Below are positions 34,107 to 48,170 of a DNA stretch of 64,000 bases, piece after piece. Origin of the DNA: Escherichia coli 042 (lineage in GTDB: Bacteria > Pseudomonadota > Gammaproteobacteria > Enterobacterales > Enterobacteriaceae); NCBI RefSeq assembly GCF_000027125.1, contig NC_017626.1; one strand, given 5' to 3'. The notes under the pieces are model-generated. The model saw nothing but the letters and a program-made list of their open reading frames with translations. It searched no databases and was not told where the DNA came from. Numbering within the stretch: the stretch's first letter is position 1; each line of letters opens with the position of its first letter. The position numbers and the translations under genes were made by a program.

Positions 34107-35063
34107 TTATCGCATTCTCACAAGCAACCAGACAAACCACGGCGCACCGATAATGGCGGTCAGCACGCCAACCGGGAGCTCCAGTGGGGGATGAATAATT
34201 CTCGCCAGCAGATCGGCAACCACCAACAGCAACGCACCTGTCAGGGCCGAAACAGGCAGCAGTCTGCGGTGACGTCCACCGGTGATGCTACGCATCATAT
34301 GCGGCACCACGAGACCAATAAAGCTAATCGGGCCGCAGGCGGCCACGCCGGTAGATGTCATGGCGACAGCTAGTAACAAAGCCCAGAATCGGGTATGGGG
34401 CACCGACACACCGAGCGTGGTGGCGCGCGCATCGCCGAGTGCAAGGAGGTCGAGATCGCGGCAAAAACTCAGGCTCAGCGGCAGAAATAAAATCATCAGC
34501 GGGATGGCAATCTTCACAAAGCTCCAGTCACGGCCCCATAAGCTGCCGGTCAGCCACAGCAGGGCGTTGTTCACATCCTGCGGGCGCGAGAGCATCAGAT
34601 AATCCGTCAGGCTGGCCCAGCATGCAGAAAGCGCCACGCCGGTGAGCGCCAGCTTCATCGGCTGGTGGGTCTTTGCCAGCATCTTCAGTAATATCAACCC
34701 CGCCATGCCGCCCGCAAAGGCCAGCAGCGGCAGCACCATCACGGGCAGTGACGGCATAAGAAGTAGAGCCCCCACAGAGGCCAGGCTGGCGGCATGGTTA
34801 ACGCCGAGAATATCCGGTGATGCCAGAGGGTTGCGCACAATCCCCTGTATCAGCACGCCCGCCACGGCGAGGGCTGCACCGACAAACAGTGCCAGCAGCA
34901 AGCGCGGCAGTCGGTACTCCATCAATACATAATAATGCTCGCGTCCGGCCTGCCAGTCGGTCAGCAGCGCGCGCCACGGCACGGGGATCACTCCCATATG
35001 GAGTGATAACAGCGCACAGCCCGCCAGGGCAAGGGTGATGAAAATAACCAGCGCAATTTTCAT
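34107..35063 (-). CDS. fecD: Ferric citrate ABC transporter permease
   Basis: True start MKIALVIFITLALAGC... (318 aa); the supplied 488-aa ORF is an upstream over-extension in GC-rich sequence. Confidence 0.85.
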   Translation of the reverse strand: MKIALVIFITLALAGCALLSLHMGVIPVPWRALLTDWQAGREHYYVLMEYRLPRLLLALFVGAALAVAGVLIQGIVRNPLASPDILGVNHAASLASVGALLLMPSLPVMVLPLLAFAGGMAGLILLKMLAKTHQPMKLALTGVALSACWASLTDYLMLSRPQDVNNALLWLTGSLWGRDWSFVKIAIPLMILFLPLSLSFCRDLDLLALGDARATTLGVSVPHTRFWALLLAVAMTSTGVAACGPISFIGLVVPHMMRSITGGRHRRLLPVSALTGALLLVVADLLARIIHPPLELPVGVLTAIIGAPWFVWLLVRMR

Positions 35064-36058
35064 CCTCGCCTCCTCACAAGCCAGACAAAGCAAGGGCTGC
35101 CAATCAGCGCCAGCACTGCGCCTGCGGGCAGATCTCCGGGGAAGGCCAGCGCGCGTGCGAGTACATCTGCCAGCAGCATCAGCGTGGCCCCCAGCAGCAT
35201 GCTCACTGGCAGTACGTTGCGCTGATCGAAGCCTGCCCAGAAGCGCGCCAGATGTGGCACCAGCAGACCGATAAACGCCACCGGACCTGCCACGCTGACG
35301 CACGCACCAACCAGAAGCAGCACTAACATATTGATGACCAAACGTAGCCTCGTCAGGTTCACTCCCAGCGTATGGGCGGTGCTGTCGCTGAGGTTGAGCA
35401 GGTTCAGTTGATTCGCCAGCAGTAACACGACAGGGACAGCAGTGACCACCACCGGCAAGAGCTGCCAGACATCCTGCCAGCGGGCGTGGGACACTCCGCC
35501 TGCCAGCCAGTAAAAGATGCCGTAAGCATGATCTTCGGCCAGCAGCAGGGTGATGCGGGTAAGGCCCATACAAAAGGCCGACAGCGCGATACCCGCGAGG
35601 ATCAGTTTGTTTCTGTCATGGGTATGACGAAATCCGCCTCCTGCGGTCATGACCAGCAGCCAGCTCACGCCGCCCCCGCATGCCGCGATGAACGACAGAG
35701 AATAGCCTGCAATCGGCGTCGGACTCAGCGCGCTGGTAAGCGCCATAGCCAGCGCCGCGCCGCTGTTAATGCCGAGCAGTGAAGGAGAGGCCATTGGGTT
35801 GTGGGTCAGGGTTTGCAGCAGCGTGCCCGCGAGCGCCAGGCTTGCGCCGATCAGAACGGCGACCAGGCTTCGTGGCAAACGAAGGTTTTGCACCAGCGCT
35901 TCTGGTAGCGTTGGCGTGTGTCCAGGCAGCAGGGCGCGGGTTGCATCTGCTCCGGAAACAGGAATGGCCGAGTAGCAAAACAGACTCAGCCAGAAAATAA
36001 TAATAAGTGCTGCAACGGGAAGCCCCCACAGCAGCACCGGGTGTTTTATCGCGGTCAT
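35060..36058 (-). CDS. fecC: Ferric citrate ABC transporter permease
   Basis: 332 aa FecCD-family permease; 4-bp overlaps with fecB and fecD. Confidence 0.85.
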   Translation of the reverse strand: MTAIKHPVLLWGLPVAALIIIFWLSLFCYSAIPVSGADATRALLPGHTPTLPEALVQNLRLPRSLVAVLIGASLALAGTLLQTLTHNPMASPSLLGINSGAALAMALTSALSPTPIAGYSLSFIAACGGGVSWLLVMTAGGGFRHTHDRNKLILAGIALSAFCMGLTRITLLLAEDHAYGIFYWLAGGVSHARWQDVWQLLPVVVTAVPVVLLLANQLNLLNLSDSTAHTLGVNLTRLRLVINMLVLLLVGACVSVAGPVAFIGLLVPHLARFWAGFDQRNVLPVSMLLGATLMLLADVLARALAFPGDLPAGAVLALIGSPCFVWLVRRRG

Positions 36059-36963
36059 TTCACAACGGTAAGCGGCTGATGGTGGAAGATTTTTACCGTG
36101 TCAGCGGCAATACGCTCTGCAGCAAAAATACCGCGCATCCGCGCCCAGGTGTTACTGTCGACCGAAGCAACCTGCTGCTTCTGCGCGGCGGTTAACATCT
36201 GCCAGAGCGGATCTTGTTGCCAGCGTTTAACAATGCTCTCTTCGCGATAGTGGGCAACCAGCAGCCAGGCAGGATTGACCGCCAGCAGTTGCTCCAGGCC
36301 GATGGACGGCATGGACGCACCCGCCATCGCAGCGGGAACGTTCAGCCCCAGAGAGGCCAGCACGCTGCCGGTCCAGGTCTCCTGAGTATGCAGGTTGAAT
36401 TGCTGTTCGCGTGATGTGCCAAAGGCCACGCGTGTCCCTTTGGGAAGCTGGCTGGCCCACTGCGCCATCCTCTCTTTATGTTGTTCCAGACGTGCCTGCA
36501 TCTCTCGCTTTTTACCCACCATTTCGCCGATGATAGCCGCAGATTGCAAATTTTCAGCGTAGGTTTCGTTGCGGGACTTAAGCAGCAGTACCGGCGCGAT
36601 TTGCTGCAAGGCGATGTAAACCCCCGCATGGCGACTGCTGTCGGCAATGATCAGGTCTGGTTTCAGAGCGGCAATGGCTTCCAGGCTCGGCTGCGCGCGC
36701 GTTCCGACGGACTGCCACGGTTTCAGGTGCGCACGCACTTCGGGCAGGATGCGTTTTGCATCGTTATCGTCGGCAATACCGATCGGGCTGACGTCCACGG
36801 CGGCCAGCGCATCGGCGAACGAGAGTTCCAGCACCACAATCCGTTGTGGCGTTTTTTCGAGTGTAAACGTGCCGTGTTCGTCCTGAACCATGGCGGCAAA
36901 GGCGTGGCTGATCACCAGCAGCAGGCCTGCAAAAAGAAAACGGATAAATGCCAACATAATCAC
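36055..36963 (-). CDS. fecB: Ferric citrate periplasmic binding protein
   Basis: 302 aa with N-terminal signal peptide MIMLAFIRFLFAGLLLVISHAFA. Confidence 0.85.
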   Translation of the reverse strand: MIMLAFIRFLFAGLLLVISHAFAAMVQDEHGTFTLEKTPQRIVVLELSFADALAAVDVSPIGIADDNDAKRILPEVRAHLKPWQSVGTRAQPSLEAIAALKPDLIIADSSRHAGVYIALQQIAPVLLLKSRNETYAENLQSAAIIGEMVGKKREMQARLEQHKERMAQWASQLPKGTRVAFGTSREQQFNLHTQETWTGSVLASLGLNVPAAMAGASMPSIGLEQLLAVNPAWLLVAHYREESIVKRWQQDPLWQMLTAAQKQQVASVDSNTWARMRGIFAAERIAADTVKIFHHQPLTVVK

Positions 36964-37001
36964 ATTCCAGCTAAAAGCCCGGCAAGCCGGGCGTTAACAC
37001 A

Positions 37002-40362
<3,361 letters not shown>

Positions 40363-40366
<4 letters not shown>

Positions 40367-40884
40367 AACCCATACTCCAGACGGAACAGCAGGCAGTGCT
40401 CGACGGCTTTCGCCACGTATTTTTTCACGGAGCTGATGGAAACACCGAGTTTGTGCGCAATCTCGCTGTATGTCAGACCATCCAGTTGCGAAAGCAGAAA
40501 CGCTTCACGTGTTTTGCCGTTTAGCCCGTCCAGCATGCTGTCGAGGAGTTGTAGGGTCTCGAGTTGGCTTTCGCGTTCCTCAGGTGAAGGCGCTCCCCCC
40601 TCCGGCATAAGCGCCAGCATCTCCAGATACGCTTTTTCCAGCGCGTTTCGGCGAAACAGGTCCACCATCACGCGTTTGGCGATAGTGCAGAGGAAGGAGC
40701 GAGGATCGCGGATCGTCGAGAGCGTTTCGCTGACCATTACCCGCAAAAAAGTGTCCTGGGCAATGTCATCTGCATCAAAAGCAGACTGGAGTTTGCGCGT
40801 CAGCCAGCTTTTCAACCAGCCGTGATATGTGCCATAAAGCGACTCGAACGTTAAGGAAGCTGTGGTAGTGGCGCGGTCAGACAT
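40363..40884 (-). CDS. fecI: ECF sigma factor FecI
   Basis: 173 aa sigma-70 family ECF protein. Confidence 0.9.
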
Positions 40885-40919
40885 GCGGAGTGCATCAAAA
40901 GTTAATTATCACGTAGTCA

Positions 40920-40950
40920 TATTAATATGAGAATGGTTATCATTACAATT
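40920..40950 (-). promoter_or_regulatory. Putative Fur box in fecI promoter
   Basis: Minus-strand gtaatgataaccattctcat resembles Fur consensus GATAATGATAATCATTATC; ~40-60 bp upstream of fecI start. Confidence 0.5.
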
Positions 40951-41175
40951 GGAAATAAAATTGTTTCCAATAGACATTTTTAACATGTTGTTTTTCTAAG
41001 TGTTATAAGGTAGGTATAAAATGGGATGGAGCCTCTGCTTCTGGCATGTGTCGGTCAGAATGACTCATGATGTGGTCTGCTATTATTGACATCCTCACTG
41101 CCCTAAAGGATGGGGATTTCGGTAATGCTGCCAACTTACTGATTTAGTGTATGATGGTGATTTTAAGGTGCTTGC

Positions 41176-41451
41176 GTGGCTTCCATTTCCATCAGATGTC
41201 CTTCCTGCTCCGCTACTGAAGGCGTGGTGCGTAACGGCAAAAGCACTGCCGGACATCAGCGCTATCTCTGCTCTCATTGTCGTAAAACATGGCAACTACA
41301 GTTCACTTACACCGCCTCTCAGCCCGGTAAGCACCAGAAAATCATTGATATGGCCATGAATGGCGTCGGATGTCGCGCCAGTGCACGCATTATGGGCGTT
41401 GGCCTCAACACGGTTTTACGTCACTTAAAAAACTCAGGCCGCAGTCGGTAA
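41176..41451 (+). CDS. insA: IS1 InsA
   Basis: [41 protein letters not shown]... Confidence 0.9.
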   Translation: MASISIRCPSCSATEGVVRNGKSTAGHQRYLCSHCRKTWQLQFTYTASQPGKHQKIIDMAMNGVGCRASARIMGVGLNTVLRHLKNSGRSR

Positions 41452-41873
41452 CCTCGCGCATACAACCGGGCAGTGATGTGATTGTCTGCGCTGAAATGGA
41501 CGAACAGTGGGGCTACGTCGGTGCTAAATCACGTCAGCGCTGGCTGTTTTACGCGTATGACAGGATACGGAGGACGGTTGTGGCGCACGTCTTCGGTGAA
41601 CGCACTCTGGCCACACTGGAGCGTCTTCTGAGCCTGCTGTCGGCCTTTGAGGTCGTGGTATAGATGACGGATGGCTGGCCGCTGTATGAATCACGCCTGA
41701 AGGGAAAGCTGCACGTTATCAGCAAGCGTTACACTCAGCGCATTGAGCGACATAATCTGAATCTGAGACAACATCTGGCAAGGCTGGGACGGAAGTTACT
41801 GTCGTTCTCAAAATCGGTGGAGTTGCATGACAAGGTCATCGGGCATTATCTGAACATAAAACACTATCAGTAA
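41370..41873 (+). pseudogene. insB: IS1 InsB with internal stop
   Basis: Canonical ...VIWMTDGW... reads ...VV*MTDGW... here (TAG at 41661-41663). Confidence 0.7.
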
Positions 41874-42598
41874 GTTGGAGTCATTACCTCCTCCCGAACT
41901 CAAAGCTATCATACAGATAATTACTGGTTAACCCTATATAGGGCATTTTAAAGTGTTGTGATCTTACCCAGCAATAGTGGACACGCGGCTAAGTGAGTAA
42001 ACTCTCAGTCAGAGGTGACTCACAAGACAAAACAGTTTCAACCAGTAAAAAAACGTAAACACCATTCGCATGAATTTCGTAGTTAAGATCTGAAGCTTGC
42101 AGAATGCATCGGTGTTACTGCCGGAGTCCGTGAACTTAGTCTGCATGAATCACCACAGCTTTACATCTGTCGCAGTAAACAGCAAAATCAGCAAACTTAC
42201 TTAATTATATCGAGTGCGATTACAATCGCTGGCGATGGTACAGTTGGTGTGGCGGTCTCAGTCCGGAACAATTTGAAAATCAGAATCTCACTTAAAACGG
42301 CATCCATTTTATAAAAGATGGCCGTCTGTGTATTTGTAATGAATACCTTCTACATGTTTAGAGTGCATAATCCACGACAAGGCGATATCCTAAAAATTAG
42401 CTAGCAGGCAACTTTGATGGCATAGATAATGTTTTTAGTAAAAAAGAGTTGACTGAATATAATACAGCCTCTTCCTACATAAGAAGGAATGTGCTCACAA
42501 AAAAAAACCATTAGTCTGCTTCCTGTTCTTACAATAATCAGTATTATGTATTTTATTTATATAGCAAAATATGCTTGTTACACCTGTCATAATTAGGC

Positions 42599-42892
42599 AT
42601 GGTAAAATTATTGACTGAACCCTGGGGGAGAAAGATGCACAGTGATTATTATAATATGGTTTTTGGTGAAAAATTGGCCAATATTTTATATGAAGCTAAC
42701 TCTCAATTTTTTTACGAGAGAAATGTCATAGAAGAGGCAGTCAACGCTTTATTCTGTGAGCGTGAAATAATAAACAACAAGAACATAATAAAGAAGCTGA
42801 TGTTCTTTTTGTCAGATGTTAATCACACCAAGAAAGATGTTGTTCAGAGCGCACTTAATATTATCATTGACATTACATCAGGTGATATTTGA
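42599..42892 (+). CDS. Hypothetical protein (97 aa), AT-rich
   Basis: Supplied ORF only; no recognisable motif. Confidence 0.25.
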   Translation: MVKLLTEPWGRKMHSDYYNMVFGEKLANILYEANSQFFYERNVIEEAVNALFCEREIINNKNIIKKLMFFLSDVNHTKKDVVQSALNIIIDITSGDI

Positions 42893-43211
42893 GATTTTAC
42901 ATAAAAGATAATCTCTCAAGGAGTCTTATCTGAAAACGAAATATATAGTTCCTCTCGTTTTGTAATATCGATTGGCTTTGTTGAATCGGTTACGTACCCC
43001 GGAGCCGGTCATATTTTCAGGTAATACACACGCTTTCAGACATTTCGGCTTTCGTCATTTTTGTATCATGGGCATAGCTTCTGCTACCTGACCATCATAA
43101 TCACGCAGCTTCAGTGAAGCAGTGACCACCTGTTTAACCCGGTGTATCGTTATGATCTTATCCAGCAATTGAACCGCCCCGGGTTTCCTGGAGAGTGTTT
43201 TATCTGTGAAC

Positions 43212-43343
43212 TCAGGCTGCCAGATCATCGTTTCCGATGGAAGCATAATAAGCTTTTTCTGCTTCTGCCGGTGGGATATGGCCCTGCCTTTCCAGCAATC
43301 GTCGATTGTTATACCAGTCCACCCACGTGAGTGTGGTCAGCTC
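43212..43343 (-). pseudogene. DDE (rve-type) transposase C-terminal remnant
   Basis: Minus-strand translation ...YDELTTLTWVDWYNNRRLLERQGHIPPAEAEKAYYASIGNDDLAA*; no upstream ORF. Confidence 0.4.
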
Positions 43344-43624
43344 ATCATACTGACACGTGCATTACCCCTACCGCGATAATGCAACCGTACAATATAGGGC
43401 GTTTCCTAAACGCAGCCCTCATCACTCCAATCCAACAAGACACAGCATTTTTGATCACGAAGAAAGACAAATAATTTCCGTAAATGTTTCCGTTGTTACA
43501 AATAACAACAGTGTTTTACATTTCTTTGGCCTCAGGCCCGCGCATGTTGCCATTCGATGTCATTTTCCTGACTCGTTTCTTCTTTATGGTGTAGTGTGAT
43601 CTTCACTTTATGGATGCGAACAAT

Positions 43625-44983
43625 ATGAAAAGAAAAATTATTCCCGTGCTAATCGGTTGTACGCTCTCTTTCTCTGCCCTGGCGGCACAACCTACGGCTG
43701 AGCGCTATGTCGTCAGTTTTCCAGAAGGCACGCACGTGAACTACGCCGGCGCATTTGCCAGTGCATTCCCGAACGGCCTTCCGGTTGGGATAGGTTCTGG
43801 CCTGCTGTTCACCGGTAAACAGGGCGATGCCCTGACATTCGCAACCATTACCGATCGCGGTCCGAACGCGGATTCACCGAAAGAGGGGAAAAACGAAACT
43901 AAAATTTTCGTTACGCCAGATTTCGCGCCGCTGCTGATGACGATTCGTGTACAAAACGGCAAAGCGGAGGCCATCGATCCCCGTCCTCTGCATGACGATA
44001 AAGGCGCGATCAACGGTCTGCCGCTGGCAAGCGACGTGATTGGCTCCACCAATGAAGTGGCCTTCAGCGACACGTTACATAGACTGAAGGGGGATAATCG
44101 CGGGCTGGATACGGAAGGGATCACTCCGGATGGTAAAGGAGGTTACTGGCTGTGCGATGAGTATGGCCCGTTCCTGATTAACATCGACAGTAAAGGGAAA
44201 ATCCTGGCAATCCACGGTCCGCAGGCGGCGGAAGGGGAAAAAGCGATTGCGGGCGGTTTGCCAAATATCCTCAAATGGCGTCAGGCGAACCGCGGCTTTG
44301 AAGGCCTCACCCGTATGCCGGACGGGCGTATTATTGTCGCCGTGCAAAGTACGCTGGATATCGACGCTAAGAGCAAGAAAAAGGCGCTGTTTACGCGTCT
44401 GGTGAGCTTCGATCCGGCAAGCGGAAAAACCGCGATGTACGGTTATCCTATCGACAGCGCGGCCTACAGCAAAAACAGCGACGCTAAAATCGGAGACATC
44501 GTGGCGCTCGATAACCAGCACATCCTGCTGATCGAACAGGGAAGAGATAAAAACAACAGAATGCGTAACCTGATTTACGAGGTCGATCTCAATAAGGCGA
44601 GCGACCTGTCAGGCTTCGACAAGCCGGGTGAGTATCCGGAGTTTGATGATGAGAAAACCCTGTCACAGCGCGGCATTACCCTTGCGCAGAAAACGCAGGT
44701 TGTTGATCTGCGCTCCTTGGGCTGGCAGCAGGAGAAGGCTGAAGGGTTGGCGCTGATCGACAGCAAAACGCTGGCGGTGGCGAACGATAACGACTTTGGC
44801 GTGAAGGTGGCGATGCAACATCCGGTCGAGGGCAAGACATTCAAGGATTATCGGGTGAACGCGGAAGGAAAGCTGACGCTTGACGACAAGCAGGTTGAAA
44901 CGACCCTCAGAGTGAAGCCACTGGAGAAACCGGAGTCTGACAGTGAACTGTGGATTGTGACGCTGCCGGAAGCGTTGAAATAA
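43625..44983 (+). CDS. Secreted protein, possibly phytase-like esterase family
   Basis: Signal peptide MKRKIIPVLIGCTLSFSALAAQP; ~450 aa Gly/Asp-rich; family call tentative. Confidence 0.45.
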   Translation: MKRKIIPVLIGCTLSFSALAAQPTAERYVVSFPEGTHVNYAGAFASAFPNGLPVGIGSGLLFTGKQGDALTFATITDRGPNADSPKEGKNETKIFVTPDFAPLLMTIRVQNGKAEAIDPRPLHDDKGAINGLPLASDVIGSTNEVAFSDTLHRLKGDNRGLDTEGITPDGKGGYWLCDEYGPFLINIDSKGKILAIHGPQAAEGEKAIAGGLPNILKWRQANRGFEGLTRMPDGRIIVAVQSTLDIDAKSKKKALFTRLVSFDPASGKTAMYGYPIDSAAYSKNSDAKIGDIVALDNQHILLIEQGRDKNNRMRNLIYEVDLNKASDLSGFDKPGEYPEFDDEKTLSQRGITLAQKTQVVDLRSLGWQQEKAEGLALIDSKTLAVANDNDFGVKVAMQHPVEGKTFKDYRVNAEGKLTLDDKQVETTLRVKPLEKPESDSELWIVTLPEALK

Positions 44984-45221
44984 GTTTATAAGGTACGGAC
45001 AGCAGTATCGCTTAGTTTTTCAAATTCATGTATGTGAACAATATTGGGGTTCCGGCGTAGACCCCCAATGAAAGCGTCACCACGTGAAAACATGCCTGCA
45101 CGGTTTACACGTCATCCCATGGTGGCAGCCGGTTAACTTTCCTGCGCCACCAGTGGAAAAAGGCCATAAGCAGTCCGAACAAAAGTAAGCGTACAGCGAG
45201 GGCCGTATTGACGGGGATGTG

Positions 45222-46607
45222 TTATTCAGCTGGCAGTGCTATGCGCCACGGAAGCAGTTCGCTGACCCGGTTGACCGGCCAGTCTGCTATGACGCCAAGC
45301 ACATGGCGAAGGTAGCTTTCTGGATCCACGTCATTCAGTTTGCACGTCCCGATCAGGCTGTACAGTAGCGCTCCCCGCTCACCACCATGGCCAGAGCCGA
45401 AGAACAGGGTCTTCATCTTTTCACGCAACCAGCTTTCCAGGGATTTCAACAGCGGTTTCGTTTTTCGCTGACGTTCAGCAAGCCGCTGCTCTGCCGGCAT
45501 TCCCCTTATATCCGCCTCTATGGCGTACAACTGACCGATCTGCTCCAGGGCTTCTTCCGTCAGTGCTGACGGGATGCGGACGTGCACATCGTGGATCTTT
45601 CGGCGGGCATGAGCCCAGCAGGCAGCTTCCGTTATCCCACCATTGCGATACAGCTCGTTGAACCCGGCGTACGCATCCGCTTGCAGCACACCGCTGAAGC
45701 AAGCAAGATGAGTCTGCGGATGGATGCCTTTTCTGTCCGGGCTGTAAGCGAACCACACTGCAGGTGCCAACGCTGACCCGGCATTGCGGTCATCACGAAC
45801 ATACGCCCACAACCGCCCGGTCTTCGTCTTCTTATTACCCGGCAGCAGTACCTGGACCGGGGTATCATCGGCATGGAGTTTGCCGTCAGTCATGACATAG
45901 CCATGAAGCGCCTCTTCCAGCGGAGACAGCAGCCGGCAGCATGCATCCACCCAGCCCGACAGCAGTGAACGGCTCAGCTCCACACCTTGCCGGCCGTATA
46001 TTTCTGACTGGCAATACAGCGGGGTGTGCTCTGCATACTTCGAGGTCAGCACGCGGGCCAGCAGCCCCGGTCCGGCGATACCCCGCTCGATGGGCCGCGA
46101 AGGTGCAGGTGCCTGCACGATGGTATCGCACTGAGTACAGGCATGTTTTTCCCGTACCGTCCGGATAACCCGGAAGGCGCTACGCATCAACTCCAGCTGT
46201 TCGGCGGTATCCTCGCCCAGATAGCTCAGTGAACCGCCGCAGTTCGGGCAGCACGGCGCCGCAGGCAACAGTCGCTTTTCGTCACGGGGTAGTGATTCAG
46301 GGAACGGCTTACGGGTGCGGGTCTGACGCAACGGACGCTGTACTGCCGGGTCATACACCCTAACAGTCAGCGTATCGCTCTCTTTCTGAAGCCGGTTCAG
46401 ATCGGCTTCCATTTGTGCGATACGGCGGGAGACTTTTTCGGAACGACTGCCGAAGTTCATCCGGCGGAGTTTATCCAGCTGCGCCTGCAGATGGTCTATT
46501 TCGCGCTCCCGGTTGCTCAGCTTTTCCTGCAGGGCGTGGATCAGCGCTTCCTGTTCGGCCAGGCGCTGTTTCAGCAGGAAGATGTCGTCAGAAGAGATGT
46601 CGTTCAT
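45222..46607 (-). CDS. tnpC: IS66-family transposase TnpC (461 aa, ~76 aa shorter than copy 1)
   Basis: CCPNCGGSL...CTQCDT zinc motif and DDE core; region between ...[11 protein letters not shown] and ...[11 protein letters not shown] is shorter than in copy 1. Confidence 0.8.
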   Translation of the reverse strand: MNDISSDDIFLLKQRLAEQEALIHALQEKLSNREREIDHLQAQLDKLRRMNFGSRSEKVSRRIAQMEADLNRLQKESDTLTVRVYDPAVQRPLRQTRTRKPFPESLPRDEKRLLPAAPCCPNCGGSLSYLGEDTAEQLELMRSAFRVIRTVREKHACTQCDTIVQAPAPSRPIERGIAGPGLLARVLTSKYAEHTPLYCQSEIYGRQGVELSRSLLSGWVDACCRLLSPLEEALHGYVMTDGKLHADDTPVQVLLPGNKKTKTGRLWAYVRDDRNAGSALAPAVWFAYSPDRKGIHPQTHLACFSGVLQADAYAGFNELYRNGGITEAACWAHARRKIHDVHVRIPSALTEEALEQIGQLYAIEADIRGMPAEQRLAERQRKTKPLLKSLESWLREKMKTLFFGSGHGGERGALLYSLIGTCKLNDVDPESYLRHVLGVIADWPVNRVSELLPWRIALPAE

Positions 46608-46656
46608 AAGCCCGTATTTTACCGGGCTTATTCTGTGACAACCAGGATAAAGAGAT

Positions 46657-47004
46657 TTACAGCATGGTCAGGGAGGTCAGCAGCCGCTTGGGCTGTCGCC
46701 AGTCGATACCTTCCAGCAGCATCGCCAGCTGCGCCTGCGTAAGGAACACTTTGCCATCACGGGCTGACGGCCAGGCGAAGCGCCCACGCTCCAGCCGTTT
46801 GGTCAGGAGGCACAGTCCGTCACCGGTGGACCACAGCAGTTTAACCTGACTGCCGCTGCGGCCCCGGAAAATGAAAATATGGCCGGACATGGGATCGTCT
46901 TTCAGCGCCGTTTGTACTTTCGCAGCCAGGCCGTTGAAGCTATTTCTCATATCGGTGATACCGGCAACCAGCCAAATTTTGGTCCCGGAAGGTAACGGGA
47001 TCAT
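46657..47004 (-). CDS. tnpB: IS66-family TnpB
   Basis: [26 protein letters not shown]... Confidence 0.85.
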   Translation of the reverse strand: MIPLPSGTKIWLVAGITDMRNSFNGLAAKVQTALKDDPMSGHIFIFRGRSGSQVKLLWSTGDGLCLLTKRLERGRFAWPSARDGKVFLTQAQLAMLLEGIDWRQPKRLLTSLTML

Positions 47005-47381
47005 CGCTTCAGTTCCTGTATCAGCAGAGTCAGGAGCTTTTCGCTGACATTGCCATTGAAGCGGAGCGTCCCGTGCCGGAACGTTACCTCACAGCTGATA
47101 CTGAGGGTTTCCGGGTCCTCTGCGAGCGATTCTGGCTGTTCGGCAGCTGCATCGAGAGTCACAGGAAGTAGCTGGGGGCTCTCTGAAGAAGGTAATAGCA
47201 GCTTTCCCTCGCGCCATTGTTGTCGCCATTTGAACAACAGATTGGCGTTAATGCCATTTTCAAGAGCAAGTTTTGAGATGGATATCCCGGGTTCACAGGA
47301 GGCAGCAACGAGCAGCTGTTTAAATTCGGGAGGATAATTAGGGAAGCCTTTTCGCCTGCCGGGAGTCACATTTTTCTGCAT
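47001..47381 (-). CDS. tnpA: IS66-family TnpA
   Basis: ...PEFKQLLVAASCEPGISISKLALENGINANLLFKWR...; start placed at ATG 47379-47381. Confidence 0.8.
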   Translation of the reverse strand: MQKNVTPGRRKGFPNYPPEFKQLLVAASCEPGISISKLALENGINANLLFKWRQQWREGKLLLPSSESPQLLPVTLDAAAEQPESLAEDPETLSISCEVTFRHGTLRFNGNVSEKLLTLLIQELKR

Positions 47382-47473
47382 ATCTGACACTTTGGTTCCC
47401 ACTACTTATTTGGTGGACACCACTTTGTCTAATTCGTCAGATTCTGACCAGACGGTTCAGGCTGTACGCTTAC

Positions 47474-47579
47474 CACTATTTTATCCCTGTTGAATTTGGT
47501 TAAGCCGGTGCAGACGCGCCGGGAAACGCACACCTGAACCGGCACAATAAAATACAATACAACCCCCTGTTACTGGAGA
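47474..47579. repeat. 106-bp repeat, copy 2 (copy 1 at 19040-19145)
   Basis: Abuts the IS66-family left end at 47473. Confidence 0.8.
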
Positions 47580-47735
47580 TACGAATGGAATGACGAGGCA
47601 GCCTGTCAGTCACAGGGGGCTGTTGGCATAAAATCAACGGAAAGGCCACCAACACCGGAATTAAGCTCCACAGTCCCCGCACTGGCAATCCATTCCCGGG
47701 AAAGGCATCACCGCAAACTGCTCCGGAGGCAACCA

Positions 47736-48170
47736 TTACAGCCTCTGTAACGGATTATCAGCCCTGGCATCTTCCGACGGCACCTCCTGCCGCCCCCACG
47801 CCCTGCTGTATACCCCGGTACCGCAGCGTGGGCAGCACTTTTCCCCCTCATAATCTTCGTCACACATCACACAAAACCACTTTCTCACCTTCACCGTATA
47901 ATCCGGAACCGTCATGCCCTGCAGATGCAAACGACGGGCCTCTTTCTCTGCCGGGTCAAGCCAGGTACATCGCAGCAGGATTTTTTCAGCGACAGTCATC
48001 TGGTCATGTTCAAACCACGGTGGTTGTCCGTCATTGCCCCGCTGAAGTGTTAACGGGCATCCACAGGACACACAGCACAAAACGTCCTGTCGGTTGTGCT
48101 TCGCAGCTTCTTTCGCCGTAACAAAATGGCCTTTGCTGTCATTCGCCATATAACAGTTCAGAATTCGCAT
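47736..48170 (-). CDS. Cys-rich putative zinc-binding protein (paralog B, ~144 aa)
   Basis: MRILNCYMANDSKGHF...CCVSCGCPL...PWFEH...WFCVMCDEDYEGEKCCPRCGTG; ATG at 48168-48170 preceded by AGGAGG; overlaps stop of paralog A by 13 bp. Confidence 0.6.
   Translation of the reverse strand: MRILNCYMANDSKGHFVTAKEAAKHNRQDVLCCVSCGCPLTLQRGNDGQPPWFEHDQMTVAEKILLRCTWLDPAEKEARRLHLQGMTVPDYTVKVRKWFCVMCDEDYEGEKCCPRCGTGVYSRAWGRQEVPSEDARADNPLQRL

Larger units (their letters stand above)
41121..41888 (+). mobile_element. IS1 (768 bp)
   Basis: IRL ggtaatgctgccaacttactgat and IRR ...gtaagttggagtcattacc. Confidence 0.9.
45185..47473 (-). mobile_element. IS66-family insertion sequence, copy 2 (different member from copy 1)
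   Basis: Ends gtaagcgtacagcgagg (45185) and ...ggctgtacgcttac (47473); flanks gaacaaaa vs cactattt are not a direct repeat. Confidence 0.8.

Noticed and set aside
34107-35573. Supplied 488-aa minus-strand ORF
   Set aside because: Over-extension in GC-rich DNA. The real gene is fecD starting at MKIALVIF (start 35063); the extra upstream part overlaps fecC.
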